DNA of 62,474 bases, the filler included, from an uncultured bacterium (GTDB taxonomy: Bacteria; Hinthialibacterota; Hinthialibacteria; Hinthialibacterales; Hinthialibacteraceae): assembly GCA_964449065.1 (NCBI GenBank). It is 8 parts of 8 records of this genome, joined end to end, with 100 filler letters (N's around TTAATTAATTAA, not from the genome) between each part and the next. Parts side by side here need not be neighbours in the genome. Positions count along the whole stretch, not along the records: positions 23,891 to 31,617 come from CAYVAZ010000250.1; positions 31,718 to 39,441 come from CAYVAZ010000251.1; positions 39,542 to 47,142 come from CAYVAZ010000253.1; 5 more parts are not named here. One strand, given 5' to 3'. Within the stretch, counting starts at the first letter, position 1, and the number at the start of each line of letters is the position of its first letter. The position numbers were made by a program, and so were the translations under genes. Under the pieces are notes generated by a model that did not search any database, had not been told where the DNA came from, and was given only the letters and a program-made list of their open reading frames with translations. Of the stretch, positions 30,258 to 39,613 are shown in pieces.

Positions 30258-31025
30258 CTACCTGGCAAGGGATGGGATAGGAATAGGAATATAAGGTATC
30301 CAGAGGTGGAAGGATAGTTGTTGCTTGGGGTTCACCGTAGCCGATAGGTTCGACCACCCCAGCCGGTGAGACGGACGCAAACTTGTGTATGGCGGCAATT
30401 CATCCTGTACCTGATGAGACATCTTCCAACCTTGCGCTTGCCCAATCCAATACAAAACGGACTCATCCCGAATAAAGGCATGATCTTGAAACCACCAGGT
30501 GAGTTTTTTGTTCCATGGATCGGGGCGTTTTTTTATTTCGATATCGGTTGCGAAGTTGTTCACCAATGCCGTGCCGTAGATGCCGTTTTGATCGGCATCC
30601 TGATGGCGCCAGGCACACCAGATTTGCGGCTGGACATCTTGATTGGACCGGTTCTCAGCCGTGCATTGGATGACAACCCCTGAGACGGTATTTGAGGCGG
30701 ACAAGGTTTCGGCGTATGCAATACTGAAATCCAATCTGCATCCGCTGCTTTCTACCGAAAAATAAATTTGCCCGGGTTGGGGAGATTGCCACACCACCGG
30801 GGCGATGGGAGCGCGCTCTTCTCCGGCAAACAATTTTAGATCGCCTTCGGCGCATTGAATCGTAAATTCCGGTGTCAAGGTTGGGAATCCCAGAACATCG
30901 CGCGCGGGAGGGTTCTGCTGTTCTTGAGCAAACCCAATGGAATGGGATAAAGTAATGAAAAGGAAAAGGGCTGAAGCGAGGAGTGATATCCTTGCTTCAG
31001 CGATTATGGTTTTCATTAAAACCAT
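30258..31025 (-). CDS. Hypothetical exported protein
   Basis: ORF directly after rplI with a signal-peptide-like N-terminus ending IGFA|QE. Confidence 0.65.
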   Translation of the reverse strand: MVLMKTIIAEARISLLASALFLFITLSHSIGFAQEQQNPPARDVLGFPTLTPEFTIQCAEGDLKLFAGEERAPIAPVVWQSPQPGQIYFSVESSGCRLDFSIAYAETLSASNTVSGVVIQCTAENRSNQDVQPQIWCAWRHQDADQNGIYGTALVNNFATDIEIKKRPDPWNKKLTWWFQDHAFIRDESVLYWIGQAQGWKMSHQVQDELPPYTSLRPSHRLGWSNLSATVNPKQQLSFHLWIPYIPIPIPSLAR

Positions 31026-31029
31026 GAGA

Positions 31030-31476
31030 CTATTCTTCTTTGATGACCCATACTTTGATGTCGGCTTGAATTTCCGCCGTGAAGCGCACCGTGATGGTGT
31101 ACATACCCAAGGCTTTGATGGTATCTTCCAGAATGATTTTACGGCGGTCAACATCAAAGCCTTGCTTTTTGAGTTCTTCTTGAATGTGCTGGCTGGTAAC
31201 GGAACCGTAGAGTTTGTCTTCTTCCCCCACCTTTACGGCTATTTTCACTTCCGCTTTGGAGAGGTGGCGCGCCATATCCTGCTGGGTTTTCATACGTTTC
31301 TTTTGACGGTCCATCACCAATTTGCGTTTGTGCGCGACTTCATTCGCGTTGGTTGAATTCACCGGGAACGCCATGCCTTGCGGGATGAGGTAATTGCGGG
31401 CATAACCGGGGCGTACTTTGACGAGATCGCCTTCTTCGCCCAATTTATGCATACTTTCTGCTAAGATTACTTCCAT
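31030..31476 (-). CDS. rplI: 50S ribosomal protein L9
   Basis: MEVIL...LG..GD.VKV.PGYARNYLIP.G.A and KLYGSVT; AGGAG RBS. Confidence 0.96.
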   Translation of the reverse strand: MEVILAESMHKLGEEGDLVKVRPGYARNYLIPQGMAFPVNSTNANEVAHKRKLVMDRQKKRMKTQQDMARHLSKAEVKIAVKVGEEDKLYGSVTSQHIQEELKKQGFDVDRRKIILEDTIKALGMYTITVRFTAEIQADIKVWVIKEE

Positions 31477-31717
31477 GATTCGGCTCCTAAAGAGTTGCAA
31501 ATACTTGCGAACAATTGCGAAATGAACAAGTTGAAAAGTATATTCTTGGCATGGCATGATGGCAAGGGGTGGATAATGATTGAAAATGTATAAGAATTAT
31601 TTCCCTTTATCTATAATNNNNNNNNNNNNNNNNNNNNNNNNNNNNNNNNNNNNNNNNNNNNTTAATTAATTAANNNNNNNNNNNNNNNNNNNNNNNNNNN
31701 NNNNNNNNNNNNNNNNN

Positions 31718-32869
31718 ATATCCAAAATCAAAGCGGCCAACAGCCTGTATGATTCCCGCATCGGCTCACTCACAGCCCTCAAAGGCGGCGTCTGGCTGGT
31801 CGGCGCGATGGGCAACACACCTTGGGCTCCAATAGGCCAAGACCGCTGGCAAAAAACGCTCGATCTTTACCGCCAAAAATCTCTGGTGAAAGCACACGTT
31901 TATCCAAGAATCGAACCGAATGTAGAACCGGTAGAAGGGCAGGAAGAAAAAGATTTCGGCTCCACCTTCGGCGGCTCAGGTCTACCCTTTGAAGAACGCA
32001 GAATGATGTACCTCCAACGCGCGGGATGTATGATCTCCTACCACAACGATCAACCACGCAAAGATGAAACCATCGAAGAGTTCCGCGACCGCGTCAATCC
32101 GCCCTATTACCTATTGCAAGCGCTCTACTTCGACGGCCAAACCGTCTTGGATTGCCAACGGGAAACGCTGGCTTTGGCAAAAGAAGCCAAACTACACCAA
32201 CTTACCACGCGCCACATCCCCACCGGACCCGCGTTGGATATGGTCTTGCGGGCCCGCGGCGATATGCCAATCAAACTCCCCGCTGAAGTCGGCTTGGATT
32301 ATATGTACTGGAACCGTGACATGCTCACCGATAGCGCGTCGAAAAATATCAACTACCGCCGCCCCGCGCATCCTTCAAAAGAAGACCAACTCAGCCTCAT
32401 CGAACTGACCCGCGAATGCGCCCAAAAACGCGACCCATTGACTTTCTTCGGTTCAGACCACGCCCCCCACCCTATAGCCGCCAAAGGCTACAAAGACGCA
32501 ATGCCCGGCAGCCCCGGCACACGGGTTCTTGAACTTACACATCAAATCCATACGCATCTCATCCAAAACCACGGCTTTACGTACGCGGATATCGATTGGC
32601 TTTCCGCCATCGTCCCGGCTCACTATTTGTCAGACTTTATGCGCTTTGATTTTCCTATCGGAACCATGCAGAGCGGGGCAATGGCAAACCTTATCATTTT
32701 TGACCCAAACCAGCGGTATGAAATCAGTGAATCACAGTTAAAACAACAATTGCAAGACCCAAAGTATCATTCCGCATACCGGGACGAAAATTTGTTTGGG
32801 GAAGTGCTTTTTACGGTGGTTGACGGCAGGGTATATGATGTAAGTCAAGACATTACCGCGATCAATTAA
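31718..32869 (+). CDS. Dihydroorotase-like amidohydrolase, 5'-truncated
   Basis: Open from the contig edge; GSLTALKGGVWLVGAMGNT, GSDHAPH, G.MANL.IFD and G.V.FTVV.G. Confidence 0.75.
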   Translation: MSKIKAANSLYDSRIGSLTALKGGVWLVGAMGNTPWAPIGQDRWQKTLDLYRQKSLVKAHVYPRIEPNVEPVEGQEEKDFGSTFGGSGLPFEERRMMYLQRAGCMISYHNDQPRKDETIEEFRDRVNPPYYLLQALYFDGQTVLDCQRETLALAKEAKLHQLTTRHIPTGPALDMVLRARGDMPIKLPAEVGLDYMYWNRDMLTDSASKNINYRRPAHPSKEDQLSLIELTRECAQKRDPLTFFGSDHAPHPIAAKGYKDAMPGSPGTRVLELTHQIHTHLIQNHGFTYADIDWLSAIVPAHYLSDFMRFDFPIGTMQSGAMANLIIFDPNQRYEISESQLKQQLQDPKYHSAYRDENLFGEVLFTVVDGRVYDVSQDITAIN

Positions 32870-32872
32870 CCG

Positions 32873-33313
32873 TTAGGATGATACCAGATGCTGATAGTTG
32901 CAGTGTAAAACCTCTGCAATCCGTTTAGCTACATCTACCGGTATTTCATCTTTTCCATTTTCAAAATCCGCTAACTGTTTAGGAGAAATATTGACTTTTT
33001 TTGCCAATGCCGCATGACTCAAATCCTCACGTTCTCTATATGCGAACAAAAAGTCTGCCGGTTTGAGTGCGTCAATAATATCGTCGGCACTGGTGGTTTC
33101 ATGGGCGTCATCAAATTCAAACAATTGCGCGACCCGCTTCAGTTGTTCCAATTTATCCGCCGGACCGATCAGAGTGATTTCCGCAAGTTCCTCGGATTGG
33201 CTTGGCGGTCCCAATTCAATATGAAGAAATCCTTGTTGCGCGGCCGGTTGGTCAGCTAAGGTTTGCGCGTGTTCTGTTTCATGAGTATGGAGCGTTTTCG
33301 TGGGTACCGACAT
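32873..33313 (-). CDS. XRE-HTH antitoxin, copy 1
   Basis: C-terminal HTH_3 (YREREDLSHAALAKKVNIS...FENGK); overlaps the toxin 3' end. Confidence 0.85.
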   Translation of the reverse strand: MSVPTKTLHTHETEHAQTLADQPAAQQGFLHIELGPPSQSEELAEITLIGPADKLEQLKRVAQLFEFDDAHETTSADDIIDALKPADFLFAYREREDLSHAALAKKVNISPKQLADFENGKDEIPVDVAKRIAEVLHCNYQHLVSS

Positions 33314-33560
33314 ATTTCACCTCAATCAGTTTTATCTCTTTATCTCTTATTTCCCAAATTGCCACGTACGTTGGTTGTCCTTTTTTGATGTGACAATGAA
33401 ATTTGTTAGGGGTTAATTTGCCGAAATTTTTCCATTGGGGTTGATATGCCCCGAATTCACGTAAGTTCGCTAACAAAACGTTAAAAATTCTCAGGACTGG
33501 TTTAGGGAGTTTTTCTCTTTGCTTTCTGGCTTTCTTGGTTATTGTGACAGTCCAGTTCAT
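33279..33560 (-). CDS. RelE/HigB-like toxin, copy 1
   Basis: MNWTV...KQ..KLP, W.NFGKL, HCHIKKG.PTYVA.W and YVGTHENAPY. Confidence 0.85.
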   Translation of the reverse strand: MNWTVTITKKARKQREKLPKPVLRIFNVLLANLREFGAYQPQWKNFGKLTPNKFHCHIKKGQPTYVAIWEIRDKEIKLIEVKYVGTHENAPYS

Positions 33561-33566
33561 TGAATC

Positions 33567-33594
33567 ATTATATAGGCTTGTGGTCATGACTCAA
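33567..33594 (-). promoter_or_regulatory. Leaderless sigma70 promoter, TA copy 1
   Basis: TTGAGT-16nt-TATAAT-6nt-ATG, with no SD. Confidence 0.65.
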
Positions 33595-33698
33595 TCAAGT
33601 TCAAATCAAATTCAAATCAAATTTTATTCCATCACTATGAAAACAAGCGTAAAAGCAACGGTGATTCTATTGTATTGCTTTTACTATTGTTCAACTTA

Positions 33699-34148
33699 CT
33701 ACAGATGAATTTCAGATACCAGATGCTGATAGTTGCAGTGTAAAACCTCTGCAATCCGTTTGGCTAAATCCGCAGGCATTTTGGCTTTGTCATTTTCCAA
33801 ATCGGTTAAAAGTTTTAGAGAAATATCGGCTCTTTCTGCTAAATCTTTTTGCTTCATATCTTCACGAATTCGGTAACTCCGCAGACAAATCCCTGGAGTT
33901 AAAGAATCAATAATATCGTCGGCACTGGTGGTTTCATGGGCGTTATCAAATTCAAACAATCGCGCGACCCGCTTCAGTTGTTCCAATTTATCCGCTGGAC
34001 CGATCAGAGTGATTTCCGCAAGTTCCTCGGATTGGCTTGGCGGTCCCAACTCAATATGAAGAAATCCCTGTTGCGCGGCCGGTTGGTCAGCGAAGGTTTG
34101 CGCGTATTCTGCTTCATGAATATGGAGCGTTTTCGTGGGTACCGACAT
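33699..34148 (-). CDS. XRE-HTH antitoxin, copy 2
   Basis: Paralog of 32873-33313; HTH LRSYRIREDMKQKDLAERADIS. Confidence 0.85.
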   Translation of the reverse strand: MSVPTKTLHIHEAEYAQTFADQPAAQQGFLHIELGPPSQSEELAEITLIGPADKLEQLKRVARLFEFDNAHETTSADDIIDSLTPGICLRSYRIREDMKQKDLAERADISLKLLTDLENDKAKMPADLAKRIAEVLHCNYQHLVSEIHL

Positions 34149-34395
34149 AATTCACCTCAATCAGTCTTATCTCTTTATCAACCAATTCCCATACAACCAC
34201 ATACGTGGGATTTCCTTTTTTAATATGGCAGTGATATTTGTTTTTGTGTAATTTCCCAAAATTATGCCAATTAGGTTGATATGCACCAAAATCTCTTAAA
34301 TTCAATAAAAAGGTATCAAAGAGTTCTTGTATATCTTTGGGTAATTTCTCTCTTTGCTTTCTGGCTTTCTTGGTTATTGTGACAGTCCAGTTCAT
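34114..34395 (-). CDS. RelE/HigB-like toxin, copy 2
   Basis: Paralog of 33279-33560. Confidence 0.85.
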   Translation of the reverse strand: MNWTVTITKKARKQREKLPKDIQELFDTFLLNLRDFGAYQPNWHNFGKLHKNKYHCHIKKGNPTYVVVWELVDKEIRLIEVNYVGTHENAPYS

Positions 34396-34401
34396 TGAAC
34401 C

Positions 34402-34430
34402 ATTATACCGGCTCTTTAACCTTGACTCAA
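34402..34430 (-). promoter_or_regulatory. Leaderless sigma70 promoter, TA copy 2
   Basis: TTGAGT-17nt-TATAAT-6nt-ATG, with no SD. Confidence 0.7.
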
Positions 34431-34601
34431 TTGAATTTCAAACATTCATCCAGTTAAATCACAGAAAAACATTTTATCAAAAACAATGCTAACTTAATAT
34501 CTCATCTATGAACCCCGCGATTTGCTTTTATCACTTACATTGTTTCATTTTTGTTAGGCTCTATTATATTGGAGAATGCCAATAATCTATGGAGGATTTG
34601 T

Positions 34602-35621
34602 ATGAAACGCTTGAACTGCCTAACCATTCTGCCGCTCATTGTGTTTGGTGTGATCTTCTGTTCCTCTTACAGTCACGCCCAATTTGTGGAAGAAGTCGTC
34701 CCGGAAGACGCGGGAATCATTCCGGTTCTGCTTCGGGATATAAGCGATGGAACCATGAAATTCGCGCCGGGCACCTACGACATGACCGGCCAACTCCGCT
34801 TCAACAGTGGTTCGAATATCACTTTAGAAGGTTCCGGCAGCGGCTTCGGTCCGGACGCAACCGTGCTCGATTTCGCCAGATTCTCCGAAACGGGTGACGG
34901 CAGGGCATTAAGCGTCCGCGGTGGTGTTACCGTGCGGAATCTCACAATCATAAATGTCATAGACCGGGTAACGGACTTGCGCACCGGCACCGTCGGCAAT
35001 CCCTCCGAGGAATCGGTTGTGTTTGAAAATGTTTGGTTTATCAATTGCAATCTGGTTTTTAAATCCACGGGGGGAAGAATTGTCGGTTCACCGGATAATC
35101 CCATGCAGGTCAGCAATTGTGTCTTCGGTCAAACACCTGAATACCCGTTTACCAGCGTCAATGATATCGTCGATATCCGTGATACCACCTACATCAACTT
35201 CGATCACTGCGATTTCTTCGTCCAGGATGGGATGCTGCAGCAGACATTGGATGATCCTTCCGGTGCTCCAAACGATGGCGCCCAAGTCACCGTGACCAAT
35301 TCGATCTTCTTCGCCACCGATGGTGAGGATGATGAATACGACTTTGATATCCAAACCGGCACCTTAACCTTATCCAACAATGTGTATTGGGATGCCGGAA
35401 GCCAAGGCAATGTACAACGCAGAGGAGAGGGAACCATCGTGGATGAAAATTTCGTTGTCGGTGATCCCCTCTTTGCAAATGTTGGCGCGGATGTGTCATT
35501 TCCAGACCTGGATTTCAGCCTGATGTCAGGCTCCCCGGCAATTGGTTTTGGCATCGACGGCCTCAACGCGGGATCAGTCGCGGCCGAACCGGCTTCAATC
35601 GATAACTGGATGGTAAAATAG
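34602..35621 (+). CDS. Secreted protein, probable parallel beta-helix fold
   Basis: GGAGG RBS, signal peptide ending SHA|Q, APGTY, ITLEG.G, TVTNSIF, DPLF and DFSL..GSPAI; ends ASIDNWMVK. Confidence 0.78.
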   Translation: MKRLNCLTILPLIVFGVIFCSSYSHAQFVEEVVPEDAGIIPVLLRDISDGTMKFAPGTYDMTGQLRFNSGSNITLEGSGSGFGPDATVLDFARFSETGDGRALSVRGGVTVRNLTIINVIDRVTDLRTGTVGNPSEESVVFENVWFINCNLVFKSTGGRIVGSPDNPMQVSNCVFGQTPEYPFTSVNDIVDIRDTTYINFDHCDFFVQDGMLQQTLDDPSGAPNDGAQVTVTNSIFFATDGEDDEYDFDIQTGTLTLSNNVYWDAGSQGNVQRRGEGTIVDENFVVGDPLFANVGADVSFPDLDFSLMSGSPAIGFGIDGLNAGSVAAEPASIDNWMVK

Positions 35622-35708
35622 GATGGTAAAATAGGGCTTGCAACTTATCCATGAGTGGTTAAAATTCATAATTCGATAAGCAAAGTTGTAGATAATAGGA
35701 GTTCAATC

Positions 35709-36002
35709 ATGGCACACGTTAAGAGTGGCGGCGGGAAACAAAAGAATGGCCGCGATAGCAATCCTAAACGGCTCGGAGTCAAACGCTTCGGCGGTCAATT
35801 CGTAACCGCTGGTTCGATATTGGTCCGCCAGCGGGGAACAAAATATCACCCCGGCAATAATGTCAAAAGGGGCGGCGATGATACCTTATTCGCGTTGGTG
35901 GATGGCTACGTCAAGTTTGAAGTCAAACGCAACCGCAAGCATATTGTCATCGAAACCGAAGAAGACCGCGCCGCCGTTCAAACCGCAACGGTTGCTGCAT
36001 AG
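35709..36002 (+). CDS. rpmA: 50S ribosomal protein L27
   Basis: [39 protein letters not shown]. Confidence 0.97.
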   Translation: MAHVKSGGGKQKNGRDSNPKRLGVKRFGGQFVTAGSILVRQRGTKYHPGNNVKRGGDDTLFALVDGYVKFEVKRNRKHIVIETEEDRAAVQTATVAA

Positions 36003-36058
36003 TTCGCTTTGTCTTTACTTCCAGCCTTCCTTAAATTTGTTTCACATTAAATTCGCTT

Positions 36059-36093
36059 AACTAACAGCCCCATTCTTTGGGGCTGTTTTAGTT
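36059..36093 (+). terminator. Intrinsic terminator after rpmA
   Basis: AACAGCCCCA-TTCTT-TGGGGCTGTT followed by TTAGTT. Confidence 0.75.
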
Positions 36094-36689
36094 ATCCTCC
36101 ATTGCGCCCTTTCTGTTTTTCCTCCCACAATTTAGCGAAAAAAAATAGACCATTATCAAATAGAACCGTTCACGATGAATGACGGAACGGCAAACAGTCT
36201 TTTATGGTGGTGCAGACTTCCAGCCTGCCGATGTCCATTGTCTCCCCCAAATGATGGGGGAAGATGTCCGGCGTAAGGAGGACTGAAGGGGTGTGAAGAG
36301 AACCATAATCCGCAAAATAATAGGTCAGATGTTTGAAGAGAGATTTCTCCTCCCAAGACTGATGATCTTTACCAACAAATCTGGGACGAATGCGTAACAT
36401 CAGCAAGGTCGGGTGGCTAAACACTCTAATAACGATAGATAACACTTCATGCGAAAGCGGGAGCAAGTCTAACCCAAAGCGGACGGCTTTGGTCCGGTAG
36501 CCCGCCAATCGTACCGAACACGGACTTTTCATATTCTCGTTCGGTATGAATATCGATTTGTTAAACGTTAAAGTTCAAAACAACAACCATATTTTGATGC
36601 GGGTACAGCAGGTTCTTTTTTTGGAGAACCTTAATTTGTTTTTTCTTCCCGATAGAATACATAAAAAATCAGATTTGGAGGGCACATTT

Positions 36690-37196
36690 ATGATCAGCAA
36701 AAAGTTACAGGACGCGTTGAATAAGCAGATTAATGCGGAGTTATATTCGGCTTATTTGTATTTATCGATGTCATCGTATTTTGAAGACAATAAGTATGCT
36801 GGATTCGCGCATTGGGTACGGATGCAGGCGCAGGAAGAATTGGAACACGCCATGAAAATTTACACCTTTGTGCATAACCGGGACGGTAGTGTGGAGTTTT
36901 CGGAGATTAAAGCGCCGCCGCGTAAGTGGAAGTCAGCACACGATGCCTTTAAAGAAACCTTGTCTCATGAACAAAAAGTTTCCAAACAGATCTATGAATT
37001 ACTCGACCTTTCCCAAAAAGAAAATGATTATGCTGTCAGCAACTTTTTGCAGTGGTTTGTGACCGAGCAGGTAGAAGAAGAAGCTACTACCAGAGGTTTG
37101 CTGGATCAATTTGAGATGGTAGAAAGCGCCCCGGGTGGCGTGTATATGCTGGACCGCGAATTGGGCAGCCGGTCAAGCGGCGGCGGAAGACCGTGA
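36690..37196 (+). CDS. ftnA: Non-heme ferritin
   Basis: LN.QIN.ELYSAYLYLSM, QA.EE..HA.K and FLQWFV.EQVEEE; GGAGG RBS. Confidence 0.93.
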   Translation: MISKKLQDALNKQINAELYSAYLYLSMSSYFEDNKYAGFAHWVRMQAQEELEHAMKIYTFVHNRDGSVEFSEIKAPPRKWKSAHDAFKETLSHEQKVSKQIYELLDLSQKENDYAVSNFLQWFVTEQVEEEATTRGLLDQFEMVESAPGGVYMLDRELGSRSSGGGRP

Positions 37197-37227
37197 GGAG
37201 TGAGTTATAACCAGTGATGCGTTTTGA

Positions 37228-37254
37228 AAAAGAGGGGCGGTACGCTCCTCTTTT
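37228..37254 (+). terminator. Intrinsic terminator after ferritin
   Basis: AAAAGAGGGGCG-GTA-CGCTCCTCTTTT. Confidence 0.75.
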
Positions 37255-37260
37255 ATTATG

Positions 37261-37541
37261 TAACTGACGTTACGCAATCCATGATTGACGATTGCTTGAA
37301 AAATGGTTTTTGTTGTGAGCCAACTATTCTAAGTCAAACGCAGTGTCTATCGTCTTCTCCTTTTGGGAGAAGATAAGAGATGAGGGCGATGAGAGCGATT
37401 GCTCCCTAAGACGCAGTAGCGTAAATAGAGGTTTATTCCTCCCGAACCCTCACCCCGCCCCTCTCCCGGTGGGCGAGGGCGATAGATACAGCGAAAGATT
37501 AAAATAACGGGCATATCTTTACGAATGCGTAACATGAGTTA
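37261..37541. mobile_element. MITE-like element D (281 bp) with 16-bp imperfect terminal inverted repeats
   Basis: TAACTGACGTTACGCA...TGCGTAACATGAGTTA. Partial copies at 39340-39441, 52311-52545 and 54649-54828; core at about 24233-24300. Confidence 0.7.
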
Positions 37542-37667
37542 TGTAACGTGTTAAGCCGTCTGAAGTGCATCCATGAATGATTAAGCCTTTCATGCTCAAA
37601 ATCACGCTCTACCATTATGATAGAATCTTAGAAAAGCATCTTTTGGTATACCGTTTGGAGTGAGAAC

Positions 37668-39011
37668 ATGACCATTGATCCACGCGACTTGGATTTCTCG
37701 ATCCAGGTATTGGGCCATCCCCGGTTTGAATCCCCCTTAAAGTTATCGACTGTGGACGATGATTATATCGCCAACTTTGTTGAAGAATCGGAACATATTC
37801 TCTTCCATAACAAATTAAGTGATTTGCAGGCCGTTCTGCAAGAAAACCAGCAGCCGTACGCGTTCGAAGCGGCGGGTCCACGCAAGCAGATTTATTTCAA
37901 CGCGCCGGATGTGACGGCGGCGGTGGTAACTTGCGGAGGTCTGTGCCCCGGCATCAACGATGTCATTCGCGGGTTGGTTTATTCACTGCATTATTCCTAT
38001 GGTGTTCAGAATATATTGGGGATTCCGTTCGGGTATAAGGGGCTGGTGGAGAAATCGAAGATGCAGCCGATTCCCCTGAATCCCCAATCGGTGGAAGATG
38101 TGATTAATGAAGGCGGCACGTTTTTGGGCAGTTCGCGCGGGCCACAGGAACCGGCCGAGATGGTGGATTTTATGCTGAATCACAACATCAACGTGCTGTT
38201 TACCATCGGCGGTGACGGCACACAGCGCGGCGCGCTCGCGATCAAAGACGAAATTGATAAGCGTGGATTGCAAATCGCTGTGATCGGTATTCCCAAAACG
38301 ATTGATAATGATATTTCTTTGGTGGAACGCAGCTTCGGTTTTAACACGGCGTTTGCCATTGCCTCGGACGTACTGAACAGCGCCCACGCGGAAGCGCATG
38401 GGGCGTATAACGGCATCGCGATTGTGAAGTTGATGGGAAGGCATTCGGGATTTTTGACCTGCAACGCGGCGATTGCGTCCGGCGAGGTTAATTTTACGCT
38501 GATTCCGGAAGTGCCGTTTGATTTGGACCCGCCCAACGGCTTTTTGCCCGCGCTGGAACAGCGCATTTTAAACCGCAAACATGCACTGATCGTTGTCGCT
38601 GAAGGCGCCGGACAAGATATTCTGCAAACACAAGCCGAATCGTTAGGCACGGATGCATCCGGTAATCAGAAGTTGGCGGATATCGGCGGATTTTTGAAAG
38701 AGCGGATTGAGCGGTATTTTATACAGCGTGAGATTGAAACCACGGTGCGCTATATCGACCCGAGCTATTACGTGCGTTCAGTGCCGGCGATTCCATCCGA
38801 CCGGATGTACTGCAACCAACTGGCACACAATGCCGTGCACGCGGCCATGAGCGGGCGCACCGGCATGATGATCGGCTATTGGAATGGATCGTTTACGCAT
38901 GTGCCAATCCAGGCGGCGGTATCCAAACGCAAGGTGGTGGATCCGGAAAGCAATCTGTGGTTATCCGTCCTGCAAGCCAGCGGCCAACCCAAGTGGATGA
39001 AGAATTCCTAG
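37668..39011 (+). CDS. pfkA: ATP-dependent 6-phosphofructokinase (group II, clade X type)
   Basis: TCGGLCPG.N, GGDGT (Gly indicates ATP specificity), PKTIDND, MGRHSG and IDPSY. Confidence 0.9.
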   Translation: MTIDPRDLDFSIQVLGHPRFESPLKLSTVDDDYIANFVEESEHILFHNKLSDLQAVLQENQQPYAFEAAGPRKQIYFNAPDVTAAVVTCGGLCPGINDVIRGLVYSLHYSYGVQNILGIPFGYKGLVEKSKMQPIPLNPQSVEDVINEGGTFLGSSRGPQEPAEMVDFMLNHNINVLFTIGGDGTQRGALAIKDEIDKRGLQIAVIGIPKTIDNDISLVERSFGFNTAFAIASDVLNSAHAEAHGAYNGIAIVKLMGRHSGFLTCNAAIASGEVNFTLIPEVPFDLDPPNGFLPALEQRILNRKHALIVVAEGAGQDILQTQAESLGTDASGNQKLADIGGFLKERIERYFIQREIETTVRYIDPSYYVRSVPAIPSDRMYCNQLAHNAVHAAMSGRTGMMIGYWNGSFTHVPIQAAVSKRKVVDPESNLWLSVLQASGQPKWMKNS

Positions 39012-39613
39012 CCAAATACCTTTTTACAAATTCGGTGTGATCTGAAGCGGATTTTTCTATTCAAGGCGACAGCGGTTCGTAATTCTAAAGCAATTCAAGA
39101 TTGGATAGACAGAAAATTGGTATTGCACTTGCCGTAGGGGCACTTTGCAATTTGGTCTACAACGTCTACGCAAACCTGAAACGCTCTAATGTCATTGGAA
39201 AAGAGGGGGCGAATCCGCTCTACGCAAAATCTCCCGGTTCCCGCGGAACCACCCAATTCGGTAAGGTGGTTTTAGCACGGTGCTACCGCTGGTGATTCGG
39301 CAAACCGTTCTCAATTTTGGTGAGGGAAATTTAAATATATAACTGATGTTACGCAATCCATGATTGACGATTGCTTGAAAAATCGTTTTTGTTGTGAGCC
39401 AACTATTTTCAGTCAAACGCAGTGTCTATCGTCTTCTCCCTNNNNNNNNNNNNNNNNNNNNNNNNNNNNNNNNNNNNNNNNNNNNTTAATTAATTAANNN
39501 NNNNNNNNNNNNNNNNNNNNNNNNNNNNNNNNNNNNNNNNNACGGATTTAAATCTCGCAACAATACCTACCGTATAGAATTTTGCGTAACATGAGTGAGT
39601 AATTAACTATCAA

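Noticed and set aside
35608..35636. 13-bp tandem duplication GGATGGTAAAATA at a gene end
   Set aside because: A short local duplication that does not alter the protein, with no element between the copies.
39065..39295. Possible large ncRNA (CAGCGGT/ACCGCTG long-range stem and several hairpins)
   Set aside because: It is composed of degenerate GTAG-type REP-like pieces (GTAGGGGCA, GTAGAGCG, GGTAGCACCG) next to a MITE, and has no RNase P, SRP or tmRNA hallmarks.
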